A stretch of 64,000 nucleotides of DNA from a virus. This document shows, one piece after another, positions 1 through 8,749 of this stretch. The notes beneath the pieces are model-generated. The model was not told the origin of the DNA and made no database searches. It saw only the letters and a program-made list of their open reading frames with translations. Location of the stretch: the IMG/VR virus record IMGVR_UViG_3300020185_000025, positions 1 to 64,000 of that record. One strand, written 5' to 3'. Numbering within the stretch: position 1 is the first letter of the stretch; each line of letters opens with the position of its first letter. A program made the translations under genes and the position numbers.

Positions 1-1
1 A

Positions 2-88
2 TTGAAAGGTGGAAAACCAACAAGTATTCAAGATGCTGTTAATAGATTAGACAGACTCGGGAATGCAATTGATAACTTAGGTGGTTAG
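2..88 (+). CDS. 3' end of upstream gene (partial; probably baseplate/tail protein)
   Basis: Open frame LKGGKPTSIQDAVNRLDRLGNAIDNLGG* ending before the gp26 SD; product inferred from context only. Confidence 0.4.
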   Translation: MKGGKPTSIQDAVNRLDRLGNAIDNLGG

Positions 89-110
89 ATTTAAATTATA
101 GGAGTATAGT

Positions 111-812
111 ATGGCACTACCAAAAATTGATTTACCGATTGGAGAATTAACTCTTCCAAGTAACGGTGATAAAATAAAATATAGACCGTTTACGGTTAAA
201 GAAGAAAAGATATTATTAGTCGCACAGGAAGCTGGAGATGCAGAAGCTGAAGTGATCGCAATGAAACAGATAATTAATAACTGTTTGATTGATTATCATA
301 TTGAGGATATAGCATTATTCGATTTTGAATATGTATACTTGATATTACGATCTAAGTCTGTAGATAACATGGCAAAGTTTGTAATTAAAGACCCTGACAC
401 AAACGAGAATGTTGAATTAGAACTTGATATGTCAGAGATAGAGGTAGCAAGAGATCCTAAACATACAAACGAAATTATAATTAATGATGATTATACATTA
501 TTTTTAAAATATCCAAACGTGGATAGTTTTATTAGAATCGTTGCTATGAATGAGGAAGATCCGTTAACGAATTATTTTGTAATGGTTGCTTGCTTGGATA
601 CATTGGCTTCAGAAGATGAAGTACATGATTTTTCAGAATATAGTTCTGAAGATGTAGAAACATTTATGGATGGTCTCTCAGGAGATGTTATTAGACAAAT
701 AACTACTTTCTTTGAAACTATGCCAAAGATACGAAAAGAATTACCGTATACAAATAGTGAAGGTAAAGAGCAAACATTTGTAGTAGAAGGAACACGAAGT
801 TTTTTTACGTAA
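111..812 (+). CDS. gp26: baseplate hub assembly protein, T4 gp26-like
   Basis: MALPKIDLP...KYRPFTVKEEKILL N-terminus and ..EGxxSFF end typical of marine T4-like gp26; SD AGGAG. Confidence 0.85.
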   Translation: MALPKIDLPIGELTLPSNGDKIKYRPFTVKEEKILLVAQEAGDAEAEVIAMKQIINNCLIDYHIEDIALFDFEYVYLILRSKSVDNMAKFVIKDPDTNENVELELDMSEIEVARDPKHTNEIIINDDYTLFLKYPNVDSFIRIVAMNEEDPLTNYFVMVACLDTLASEDEVHDFSEYSSEDVETFMDGLSGDVIRQITTFFETMPKIRKELPYTNSEGKEQTFVVEGTRSFFT

Positions 813-836
813 GCCTTAGCCACATAACGCTAGGGC
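800..836 (+). promoter_or_regulatory. putative -1 programmed ribosomal frameshift signal
   Basis: T TTT TTT heptamer 800-806, 6-nt spacer, 8-bp hairpin GCCTTAGC-N8-GCTAGGGC 813-836. Confidence 0.65.
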
Positions 837-847
837 ATTACTACCAA

Positions 848-982
848 ATGATTTTCTCCATGGCACAACACCATAAATGGTCTGTGGCTGAAATTGAGGC
901 AATGATGCCTTATGAAAGAGATCTTTATTTTAGTATGCTAGTAACATGGATCGAAGAACAAAACGAAAAACGACAGGGTTAA
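848..982 (+). CDS. gp51: baseplate hub assembly catalyst, gp51-like (not in ORF track; may be made as -1 frameshift extension of gp26)
   Basis: MIFSMAQHHKWSVAEIEAMMPYERDLYFSML matches gp51-like QHHKxSxxEIExMMPxERD motif; frame is open back to nt 800. Confidence 0.75.
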   Translation: MIFSMAQHHKWSVAEIEAMMPYERDLYFSMLVTWIEEQNEKRQG

Positions 983-987
983 ATTAA

Positions 988-2889
988 ATGGCAGATAACA
1001 ACGCACCAAAAGCAAAAAAGTTAAGTCCTGAGACTGAAGCTATTATAGATCGGCTGAAACGAGAAGGTCAGCTGACGCGTAATAGTGAAGGTAATTCTAT
1101 CAAGTCAATTAAAATAAATCTTGACAAGTTTGCTGATGCTTTTACAGCCATACAAAAAAGTACAGAAGAAACTGCCAAAATTATGACAGAAAACTTTGTT
1201 GATGGTAATACTGAAATACTTAAAAAGGTTGATGAATCATTAGAAGGTTTAACCGACGAACAAAAGAAAGCCGAACTTCAAAGAAGAAAGGAAGCCAAAC
1301 AAGAAACAATTGAAAATAAAGAAAATAAAAGAGAGCAATCAATGGCTGAAAAGTCGTTAAGGGCTACTCTTATGAATGGCTTTGGTGATTTAAAGAAAGG
1401 ATTCTTAGCGGTTAAAAAAGATCCGTGGGGTTCATTACTTCAGATCGGAAAGTGGGCAGTTATAATACCAATATTAGCAGGAGCAATAAAAGGTGTTCTT
1501 GATTTGATATTTGGTGATTCTGAAATGGCCAAGTTTTATAGTGATATCAATAATAGTGCGTTTATGAAATTTGTTAAAAATCATCCATGGTCGTCTCTTG
1601 GTATTGCTCTTACAGCTTTTGCCGGTGTTAAATGGGCAAAAATGTATTTAGCAATGATGGCTGCTGCAAAAACACTTGGAGTAAGCGGTGGTGGTACAGA
1701 TGTTGTAGCAGGCGGGCCAAATAAAGGAAAAGGAAAGGGACTCAAAGATAGACTTGGAAGATTATTAAAAACAACAAAGGGTAAAGGTGGAGTTGCTGGT
1801 ATTGTACTTCTTACTGTTGGCGGTATAACATATGCAGTAATGGATGATGATGACGAACCTGTAAATGTTGACGAAGAAATTAAAAGAATTAGAAGAGAAA
1901 ACGAAGTAAAAGAACAAGAAGTTATAAAGGGAAAAATAGACAGTTATAAAACCGCCTTAGAAAGAGATAGAACAACTTTTGGTGATGTATTAACAGGAAC
2001 TTTAGTTAGTGCAGGCATTGGTGCTGCAGGTGGTTCTTTTGCTGGTGGTGTTGGAGCTATACCTGGCGCTATTGGTGGAGCAATCTTTGGGGCTGTTACT
2101 GGTCTTGGTACGGTTGCGTGGGAAGCGGTTGATGATTATAGAAATGATATTGATAACATTCCTAATGAATTAGAAGCATTATTAAAGAAAGAAAAATTTA
2201 ACATGGCTGATAAAGCTGGTCGTAACAGACAGTTTCAATTATCAGATAAACAAAAAGAAGATTTAGTAAAAGCTAACGATGATCTTATTCAAAAAATGAT
2301 AGATGGTTTAGTTGGCACAATAGCAGGACAAGATGTAGATCTTAAAAATTTAGAAGCTGCTCTTGGCGGTGAAGTTACACGACAACGAAGTTCAAGCTCT
2401 AGGAGATCAGGATTTTCCGATTATGTAACTATGCCTGATGGTACATTAATTAAAAAATCAGAAGCTGAAAAGCAACTTGCAGATTTAAAAGAAGAAAGAT
2501 TGTTAAGAGAACAACAATTAATTACTTCAAGAAACATATTGAAAGCAAGGAAAGGAGAAGAGCAGGCAATACAAGAAAATGTACAGGCCGTTGAAGATAA
2601 CACAACAACAGTTAATGAAAAGACTGTAGAAATAAAAGATACTCCAATAGATGAGGTCGATATAAAACCCAGTACAGAGGAAAGAGAAAGAAAACAGAAT
2701 GTTGCTGCTGGTGGGTTTGCATTGAATATAGTAAATAACTATTATAATAAAGGTGGGGATACTGTTGTTCAGAATCAAGCTGACAATAGAGTTAACTCTA
2801 CAAAGAATACAGCGATTGCTGCAAGTGGAGTTGGTGGATCTAGTAGGTTTAGTGGTGGAGTTGGTTTACCGACTGGTCAGATGGCATAA
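988..2889 (+). CDS. putative tape measure / baseplate hub protein (gp29-like)
   Basis: Coiled-coil segments, hydrophobic and Gly-Ala-rich stretches, position right after gp26/gp51. Confidence 0.55.
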   Translation: MADNNAPKAKKLSPETEAIIDRLKREGQLTRNSEGNSIKSIKINLDKFADAFTAIQKSTEETAKIMTENFVDGNTEILKKVDESLEGLTDEQKKAELQRRKEAKQETIENKENKREQSMAEKSLRATLMNGFGDLKKGFLAVKKDPWGSLLQIGKWAVIIPILAGAIKGVLDLIFGDSEMAKFYSDINNSAFMKFVKNHPWSSLGIALTAFAGVKWAKMYLAMMAAAKTLGVSGGGTDVVAGGPNKGKGKGLKDRLGRLLKTTKGKGGVAGIVLLTVGGITYAVMDDDDEPVNVDEEIKRIRRENEVKEQEVIKGKIDSYKTALERDRTTFGDVLTGTLVSAGIGAAGGSFAGGVGAIPGAIGGAIFGAVTGLGTVAWEAVDDYRNDIDNIPNELEALLKKEKFNMADKAGRNRQFQLSDKQKEDLVKANDDLIQKMIDGLVGTIAGQDVDLKNLEAALGGEVTRQRSSSSRRSGFSDYVTMPDGTLIKKSEAEKQLADLKEERLLREQQLITSRNILKARKGEEQAIQENVQAVEDNTTTVNEKTVEIKDTPIDEVDIKPSTEERERKQNVAAGGFALNIVNNYYNKGGDTVVQNQADNRVNSTKNTAIAASGVGGSSRFSGGVGLPTGQMA

Positions 2890-2976
2890 AGGAGGGGAGA
2901 CGACCGAGAACCTCAATCCTTATCCCTCATTATCAACCTGAGATGTCACCCAGGAATTACAATCTCATAAGCTTTT

Positions 2977-3489
2977 TTATTCGCCTTTCAAATATGCAAG
3001 TACAACTTCAGGTTGTGTTTCACCATAAGGATCTGTTCCACAATCATCTTCCATCCCAGGTTCACTAAACATTCTTTCGACAGTACCATCGTCTACGACC
3101 ATAGCGTATCTCCAAGATCTTTTACCGAAACCGAGATTGTCCTTTGCGACTAACATATCCATTCCTGCTGTAAATTCGCAAGATCCGTCGGGAATCAATT
3201 TGATGTTTCTCACTCTCAAATCTTCAGCCCAAGCATTCATTACAAAAGTATCGTTACATGAAATACAATATACTTCATCGACACCAGCTTCTAGAATTTG
3301 ATCGTATAATACATCAAACCCAGGAACTTGGTTGTTAGAACATGTTGGAGTAAATGCACCAGGCAGTGAAAATACAACAACTCTTTTTCCTTTAAAGTAA
3401 TCGTCAGTAGTTGGGTGAACCCATTCAAACTCACCGGTTTCTACGTTTCTACGTCTTTCTTTAAATGTTACATTAGGGACTTGTCTCAT
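2977..3489 (-). CDS. peroxiredoxin (Prx5/Redoxin type)
   Basis: FSLPGAFTPTCS peroxidatic motif, GKRSWRYAMVV; start moved to MRQVPN (AGGA SD). Confidence 0.9.
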   Translation of the reverse strand: MRQVPNVTFKERRRNVETGEFEWVHPTTDDYFKGKRVVVFSLPGAFTPTCSNNQVPGFDVLYDQILEAGVDEVYCISCNDTFVMNAWAEDLRVRNIKLIPDGSCEFTAGMDMLVAKDNLGFGKRSWRYAMVVDDGTVERMFSEPGMEDDCGTDPYGETQPEVVLAYLKGE

Positions 3490-3510
3490 AATAAATTTTC
3501 CTATCAATAG

Positions 3511-3532
3511 TTGGGTAGCCGAAGCTACCCAG
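3511..3532 (-). other. cUUCGg hairpin between hsp20 and prx
   Basis: CTGGGTAGC-TTCG-GCTACCCAA on the minus strand, no U tract. Confidence 0.6.
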
Positions 3533-3544
3533 ATTTTAAATTGA

Positions 3545-3997
3545 TTAACCTTTTAAGAATTCTTTCTTAGTGTCAATCTTAATTTTTCTAGCCTTTTTAG
3601 CTTCAGGAATAATTCTTTCCAAAGCAACTGTTAAAAGACCGTTTTTAAAGTTGGCGCCGATTACTTCAATATCGTCTGCAAGAGTAAAACTTCTTGTAAA
3701 CTTCTTGAAAGAAATACCGCGGTGAATGTAATCACCTCCGCCATTGAAGTAATCACCAGCTTCATCCCAAGTGGAACGAATGGTTAATACATCTTCTTTT
3801 ACTTCAATTTCTACATCATTAATATCAAGACCTGCGAGGGCAAGATCAATAAAGAACTCTTCACCTTTTGTGGTTCTGATATTATAAGGCGGGAAGCCTT
3901 GAGATTGATGTACTTGTGGGAACTCCGCTAATCTGTCAAAGACTCTATCGAATCCGACAGCAAAAGGGTGTAGTTGGTTTATGTTTAATCCAGTCAT
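3545..3997 (-). CDS. small heat shock protein Hsp20 (IbpA-like)
   Basis: GFDRVFD, FPPYNI, HRGISFKKFTRSFTLAD, NGLLTV. Confidence 0.92.
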   Translation of the reverse strand: MTGLNINQLHPFAVGFDRVFDRLAEFPQVHQSQGFPPYNIRTTKGEEFFIDLALAGLDINDVEIEVKEDVLTIRSTWDEAGDYFNGGGDYIHRGISFKKFTRSFTLADDIEVIGANFKNGLLTVALERIIPEAKKARKIKIDTKKEFLKG

Positions 3998-4078
3998 GTT
4001 ATTCTCCTATTAAGCAAGATTAATTTATATCTGATGGTTTATACCCATCGGTTTCGCAAGACCCTTACGGCATCTTAC
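3998..4078 (-). promoter_or_regulatory. ROSE-like RNA thermometer leader of hsp20
   Basis: UCUUGCU-UAAU-AGGAGA hairpin with bulged G over the SD, plus two upstream hairpins. Confidence 0.65.
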
Positions 4079-4083
4079 AAATC

Positions 4084-4091
4084 TATTTATA
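4084..4091 (-). promoter_or_regulatory. T4-type late promoter (hsp20)
   Basis: TATAAATA. Confidence 0.65.
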
Positions 4092-4095
4092 TTCT

Positions 4096-4124
4096 ATTAT
4101 ACAACAGTTTTAGAAAAATGTCAA
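4096..4124 (-). promoter_or_regulatory. sigma70 promoter (hsp20)
   Basis: TTGACA-N17-TATAAT. Confidence 0.85.
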
Positions 4125-4526
4125 TTATTTTTTTCCAATATTGTATTTGACTGTTAGTTCCCAATCATTCTTTTCTTTAAATGAAATGATTTTAATTTGA
4201 TTTAGAGAAGCAATTGGATCTTTCGTTTTTGAAGGATCTACAATTTTAACAAGTTCCCATTCTTCTAAAAGATTCACTATCGTATTGCGACGTGATATAT
4301 CTTCTTCTGTTAACGTGTTATGCTTTCCGTCTAAAATAAACAATTCTTTAAAATGTAAAATGGCATACCTACCTTTCTTATGTAGTATATGACATGATTG
4401 ATATAACTTTTTTTCTTTGCGGCTTGAAATGCCTATTCGAGTCAATGTTTCTTTTACTTTGAGGAAAGAATCCTGCGTGGGTAATTCAACTTCGACACCT
4501 ACTCCTTTGAAAATATCTGTGTCCAT
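4125..4526 (-). CDS. regA: translational repressor RegA
   Basis: FLKVKETLTRIGI...LYQSCHILHKKGRYAILHFKELF. Confidence 0.95.
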   Translation of the reverse strand: MDTDIFKGVGVEVELPTQDSFLKVKETLTRIGISSRKEKKLYQSCHILHKKGRYAILHFKELFILDGKHNTLTEEDISRRNTIVNLLEEWELVKIVDPSKTKDPIASLNQIKIISFKEKNDWELTVKYNIGKK

Positions 4527-4587
4527 GATTTATATTCACCTTGTTAATTATTATGTTAGTGGCAATCGTAATGATACGATATAAGAT

Positions 4588-4595
4588 TATTTATA
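4588..4595 (-). promoter_or_regulatory. late promoter (regA)
   Basis: TATAAATA in intergenic gap. Confidence 0.55.
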
Positions 4596-4606
4596 ATAAT
4601 CATATT

Positions 4607-4999
4607 TTAGCCACCTTCATTGATTTTATCAAGGATAGTTTGGAGCTGTTCTTTATTTAATACTTTAAGATATTGTTTGGCAACTGTTCGGTTACATTGG
4701 TATACTTCTTGGATAGCATCAAGATCTGTGTTCTTTTCAGCCTTAGGCCATTTAGAGAATCTCTTACGCTTACGAAGAACAGCACGATAGTAATCGAACT
4801 GAGCAGCAGGAAATAATCCATGACGCATATTCATTTCGTTTGCGTGTAATATTGTATCCTCAAAATTTGTGAAGCCACGGTTCACTACATAAGGCGTATA
4901 CAACTTTTCAGTATGTTCAGGTATATCGCTATTGCGAATAAGATCTTCCTTTGAGAAGGACGCAGCGTTCATAAAATCAAACGGACTAAGTTCTTTCAT
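4607..4999 (-). CDS. gp62: clamp loader small subunit
   Basis: PYVVNRG...ANEMN...LRKRKRFSKW; synteny with gp44/regA. Confidence 0.9.
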   Translation of the reverse strand: MKELSPFDFMNAASFSKEDLIRNSDIPEHTEKLYTPYVVNRGFTNFEDTILHANEMNMRHGLFPAAQFDYYRAVLRKRKRFSKWPKAEKNTDLDAIQEVYQCNRTVAKQYLKVLNKEQLQTILDKINEGG

Positions 5000-5159
5000 C
5001 GAAAAGCTCCTCGTATTCCTTTACCATAACATCAAAATTTTTGCCACATTCTTCGCAGAGAATAAGTTCAGTCTTACCTTCATCGGTATTCGTTACTACC
5101 TTAAATGATTTCTTTTTCGTTGTTGTGGTATTACAATTAAAACATCGAGTCTTCAGCAT
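4986..5159 (-). CDS. 57-aa zinc-ribbon-like protein (not in ORF track)
   Basis: MLKTRCFNC...LCEECGKNF...; start overlaps gp44 stop and end overlaps gp62 start. Confidence 0.65.
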   Translation of the reverse strand: MLKTRCFNCNTTTTKKKSFKVVTNTDEGKTELILCEECGKNFDVMVKEYEELFDERT

Positions 5160-6112
5160 TAGGAATACTCACATTCAATCATAACCTCAGTTAGAAATGC
5201 AACCATGTTAATTTCTTGGTCAGCAACCAACGACGACTTGTACATATAATCGGCTAATGTAACTATGAATCCTGCTTGTGATTGTAAAATGACCTTTTGT
5301 GAACATGATTCGTAGATACGTCGAAACATTTCGTTCATATCTTGATCTGAGTTATTGGCAACCCATTTACGCATTTCAGTAAATTGCTTAGCTTTCAATA
5401 AACGAAATAGATCATCAATAGATTCTTGTTTCAAATTAACAAAGATGCCTTCATCAATTTTACCTGAAGCAGCATATGATTGTAATTCAGTTAATACACG
5501 TCTGAAATCAGGAAAGTGTTTCTCAATTACTTTAGCAACTACCTTAGGATCGTATTCAACTTCTTCTTGTTCAAGAATTGCCTTAACACGTTTAAAGAAT
5601 TCCATTGCCATCATTGGGCGATCAGCAGTATCAATTGAGAAGTCAACTTCGGAAAGTCGAGATCTTAATGGACTGATAATACGATTCTTGAAATTACAAG
5701 TAAAGATGAAACCACAGTTTGAACTATATTCTTCAATAAAGTTACGCAAAGCAGGCTGAACGTTTGCTGCATTCAAATAATCTGCTTCGTCAAAAATTAC
5801 ATACTTACGTCCTGTACCTGTTAGAGATACTGCGGAAGCAAATGTTGAGATATCGTATCGGAGGGTATCAATATTAACATTAAGAGAACCGTTCTTTACG
5901 ATATAATCGCAACCGAGTTCTTCAAGCATTGCCTTGGCAATTGTAGTTTTACCTACACCAGGACCGCCTGTTAATAATAGATTAGGAACACTTCCGTCTG
6001 ATACGAACTTCTGGAATGTTTCTTTTGTCTTGGTTGGTAAAATAGTATCAGCAACTACTTGCGGACGGTATTTCTCAACCCATAAGACTTCGTTTGATTT
6101 TGCATCAATCAT
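5159..6112 (-). CDS. gp44: clamp loader large subunit (AAA+)
   Basis: LWVEKYRP, GPGVGKTT, DEAD, SPLRSR. Confidence 0.95.
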   Translation of the reverse strand: MIDAKSNEVLWVEKYRPQVVADTILPTKTKETFQKFVSDGSVPNLLLTGGPGVGKTTIAKAMLEELGCDYIVKNGSLNVNIDTLRYDISTFASAVSLTGTGRKYVIFDEADYLNAANVQPALRNFIEEYSSNCGFIFTCNFKNRIISPLRSRLSEVDFSIDTADRPMMAMEFFKRVKAILEQEEVEYDPKVVAKVIEKHFPDFRRVLTELQSYAASGKIDEGIFVNLKQESIDDLFRLLKAKQFTEMRKWVANNSDQDMNEMFRRIYESCSQKVILQSQAGFIVTLADYMYKSSLVADQEINMVAFLTEVMIECEYS

Positions 6113-6142
6113 AATTCACCATAAACATAATATAAAAAATTT

Positions 6143-6180
6143 GAGAAAACGTAGGGGTGTTTGACCACCCCCACTTCTCG
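6143..6180 (-). terminator. hairpin/terminator-like element upstream of gp44
   Basis: GTGGGGGTG-GTCAAA-CACCCCTAC followed by GTTTTCTC on the minus strand. Confidence 0.45.
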
Positions 6181-6196
6181 AGAAATGGGTTATCGT

Positions 6197-6475
6197 TTAA
6201 CCAATAACCTTTTCAGCCAAAGGAGCATCAGGATTTGTTGTGTCAACAGAAACTTCTTCCTCACCAACCCCTTCAGGTTGCTTTGGACCTTTCTGTCTTA
6301 GGAATGCTTCGATTTTATTTCTCAGCATACCTACACCGGCCATCTCTTGTCCTTGGAATCCACCACGCTGTGATACTACATCAATAATTTGTAGCAGCGT
6401 TGACAGATCACTAAGATTGATAACCACTTCTTGTTCCTGGCCTTGGCCATTTTGTGATACGTCATTCATATTCAT
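6197..6475 (-). CDS. hypothetical protein
   Basis: ORF coupled to gp45 stop. Confidence 0.7.
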   Translation of the reverse strand: MNMNDVSQNGQGQEQEVVINLSDLSTLLQIIDVVSQRGGFQGQEMAGVGMLRNKIEAFLRQKGPKQPEGVGEEEVSVDTTNPDAPLAEKVIG

Positions 6476-7137
6476 TACCTTTTCTTATAAGTCGACTTTG
6501 AATCTATAGCCACGTAATACGTGACACCTTCGCCTTTAAACTCTGAGATACCTTTTGAACAAAGAGTAACATCATAGTCTATTGGCATTAGTTTCAAGTT
6601 ATCAGTTTTAATGATAATCTTGAACTCATCGGCAGTTTCCCCAATTTCAACGCCAAAGTCATCTGCGTTGTCGTTGGCACTGTCGATTGCTTTCAGATAA
6701 CATTTGCCGCCTTCGCCTACAAATGCAATCTCTGAAAATTGTAATACCCCTGCTGCCTTCAATACAGAAGACAATGTATCCGCCGTCACCGATACTTCAA
6801 CATCTGCTGAAGGAATAGTAATATCCTTTTCAGGTGGAGTATGGATCATGGATAAGTCGGCAAAAACATACTTGGTACGTCTTTTACCTTCTGATATAAT
6901 AAAGTATTTATCAAAAAACTCTACATCAGGATCATTATACAGAGATAAAATTGACAAAAATCTTGATAGATCATAAACACATGCATCAGAAGGGATTTCC
7001 TGTGATATGTTTGCGATCGCAATTAGAGTCTTCTCTGGAGTTATAGTCTTAATTACATTACCTTTTGCCAACAAGATTGACTTGTTGATGGAGGTAAAGC
7101 TTTTTAGGACCGTCAAGGTTTCGTTAGAAAATTTCAT
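6475..7137 (-). CDS. gp45: sliding clamp
   Basis: MKFSNETLTVLKSFTSINKSI, YDLSRFL, YYVAID. Confidence 0.93.
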   Translation of the reverse strand: MKFSNETLTVLKSFTSINKSILLAKGNVIKTITPEKTLIAIANISQEIPSDACVYDLSRFLSILSLYNDPDVEFFDKYFIISEGKRRTKYVFADLSMIHTPPEKDITIPSADVEVSVTADTLSSVLKAAGVLQFSEIAFVGEGGKCYLKAIDSANDNADDFGVEIGETADEFKIIIKTDNLKLMPIDYDVTLCSKGISEFKGEGVTYYVAIDSKSTYKKR

Positions 7138-7173
7138 TATATAAATTTCTCCATTTTAGTTATATTGTTGTAT

Positions 7174-7202
7174 ATTATAACAGGTTTATTTAGATTTGTC
7201 AA
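7174..7202 (-). promoter_or_regulatory. sigma70 promoter (gp45)
   Basis: TTGACA-N17-TATAAT; -35 lies inside upstream gene end. Confidence 0.85.
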
Positions 7203-8055
7203 TAGGATCATAAGCTTTTTTGTTAGATTTCTTATCCGCGGTAGCAGTTACACCTAATTGACCGAGAGCTCCCATGTCACCCTTAAAGATATAAGAACCA
7301 ACATGGTTGAGTTTCATCCAAGGACACATCCATACTGAAATGTCGGCTTTACGAGCCATCTTACAGAAGAAGTAATCTTCGGACAAGTACCTTCTTGACT
7401 CTGGGTCAATGACACAATCAAAGAAAGCATGTATATCTCGAGTACCGTCAAATTGTTCCGTTCTAACGTGGTCAGGTTTATATGCAAGTTCAGGATAAGC
7501 ATCTCGATATCTTTCGAGAGCATCTCTTGTGATTAACATAAACCCAGTACCACCTTCGGCAACTTCAACAGGTTCTGCGAGTTTAAATTGTTTTATATCT
7601 CCAACAGGATTAAAAACAAAATCTGATGTAAATTTTTCTAGGTCAAACGGATTCTCTTTGCCTACTCCACTTTGAGCAGCAGCAGATACCTTTTCCCATG
7701 CAATTGTCTTTTTAGGATATGGTCCACAAACGACATCGTATTTTTCAGGATCTGAAATCTGTAATGCAAGTAATGCCAAAGCATCTCTTGGATCAAATCC
7801 AATGTCTGCATCAATAAACAATAAGTGAGTACAGTCAGACCGTAAGAATTCATCTACGATATAGTTTCTTGCTCTTTGTATTAAACTCTCATTGAATAGA
7901 AAGTAATACTTCATTGGTATTTTGTGAGATGAACATAACATACTTAAATCATTAGTTGACTTAGTATATACTCCAGTACACTGACCACCATACATAGGTG
8001 TACCAATAAAGAGTCTTTGTTTTTGTAGTTCTTCTGTTTTTACTTCAAGCTTCAT
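7186..8055 (-). CDS. GT-A fold glycosyltransferase-like protein
   Basis: TPMYGG, LLFIDADI (DxD), GTGFMLI, LSEDYFFC. Confidence 0.75.
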   Translation of the reverse strand: MKLEVKTEELQKQRLFIGTPMYGGQCTGVYTKSTNDLSMLCSSHKIPMKYYFLFNESLIQRARNYIVDEFLRSDCTHLLFIDADIGFDPRDALALLALQISDPEKYDVVCGPYPKKTIAWEKVSAAAQSGVGKENPFDLEKFTSDFVFNPVGDIKQFKLAEPVEVAEGGTGFMLITRDALERYRDAYPELAYKPDHVRTEQFDGTRDIHAFFDCVIDPESRRYLSEDYFFCKMARKADISVWMCPWMKLNHVGSYIFKGDMGALGQLGVTATADKKSNKKAYDPIDKSK

Positions 8056-8690
8056 ACTGTAATTTGCTCCATATCATTTTCGGCTCTTGTGATTGATTGT
8101 AGTCTTAAGACATCAGCTAATATATCCCATGCCGAATCATGAGCTTTAAATACTGATTCCCATTTATCTTCGTTTGCACATGGAGGGAATCCATTCTTTT
8201 TAAGACCAAAGTCAAACTTTGCATCAATAAAAGTTCTTGTATCTCTAACTGTCCAATGTTTTAAATGGGATTGTAGATGGCCTACTTTACCTTGAGACTT
8301 AAATAGTCTTTCAAGTATAACAGGATCAAATGAATTAGATCTTGACCACCAAAAGTCAATCTTAGGTCCGTCAATTAAAAAATCTGTAAATTGTTTTACG
8401 AATTCTTCAACAGAAAGATCTGAACTCTTTGGAGCAATATTCTTTCTTACTTCTGAATCTTGTTTTGACCAAAAGTCGAGAGTACCTTTATCAACTACCC
8501 AATCGTAGTTCTTTACTTGCTCTGCTACATTCAATTTAAATTTCTTTGTCTTGAATACATCGCCTAAATTGTAGGGATCATCTGATGTAAACTTATCCCA
8601 CTGAAAAACCATGACTGACATATCAATCACGGCGCAGTTGTGGACATCTTGTCCCATTGTTTCGAAGTCGATGATTAAGTCGTTTCTCAT
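8052..8690 (-). CDS. dexA: 3'-5' exonuclease, DexA-like (DEDDh)
   Basis: LIIDFET, NSFDPVIL, RDTRT, HDSAWD. Confidence 0.8.
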   Translation of the reverse strand: MRNDLIIDFETMGQDVHNCAVIDMSVMVFQWDKFTSDDPYNLGDVFKTKKFKLNVAEQVKNYDWVVDKGTLDFWSKQDSEVRKNIAPKSSDLSVEEFVKQFTDFLIDGPKIDFWWSRSNSFDPVILERLFKSQGKVGHLQSHLKHWTVRDTRTFIDAKFDFGLKKNGFPPCANEDKWESVFKAHDSAWDILADVLRLQSITRAENDMEQITV

Positions 8691-8715
8691 AGTTTTACCT
8701 TTAATTTAATATACT

Positions 8716-8744
8716 ATTATAACAAACATTGCACCGCTTGTCAA
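8716..8744 (-). promoter_or_regulatory. sigma70 promoter (dexA)
   Basis: TTGACA-N17-TATAAT. Confidence 0.85.
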
Positions 8745-8749
8745 TAGTT

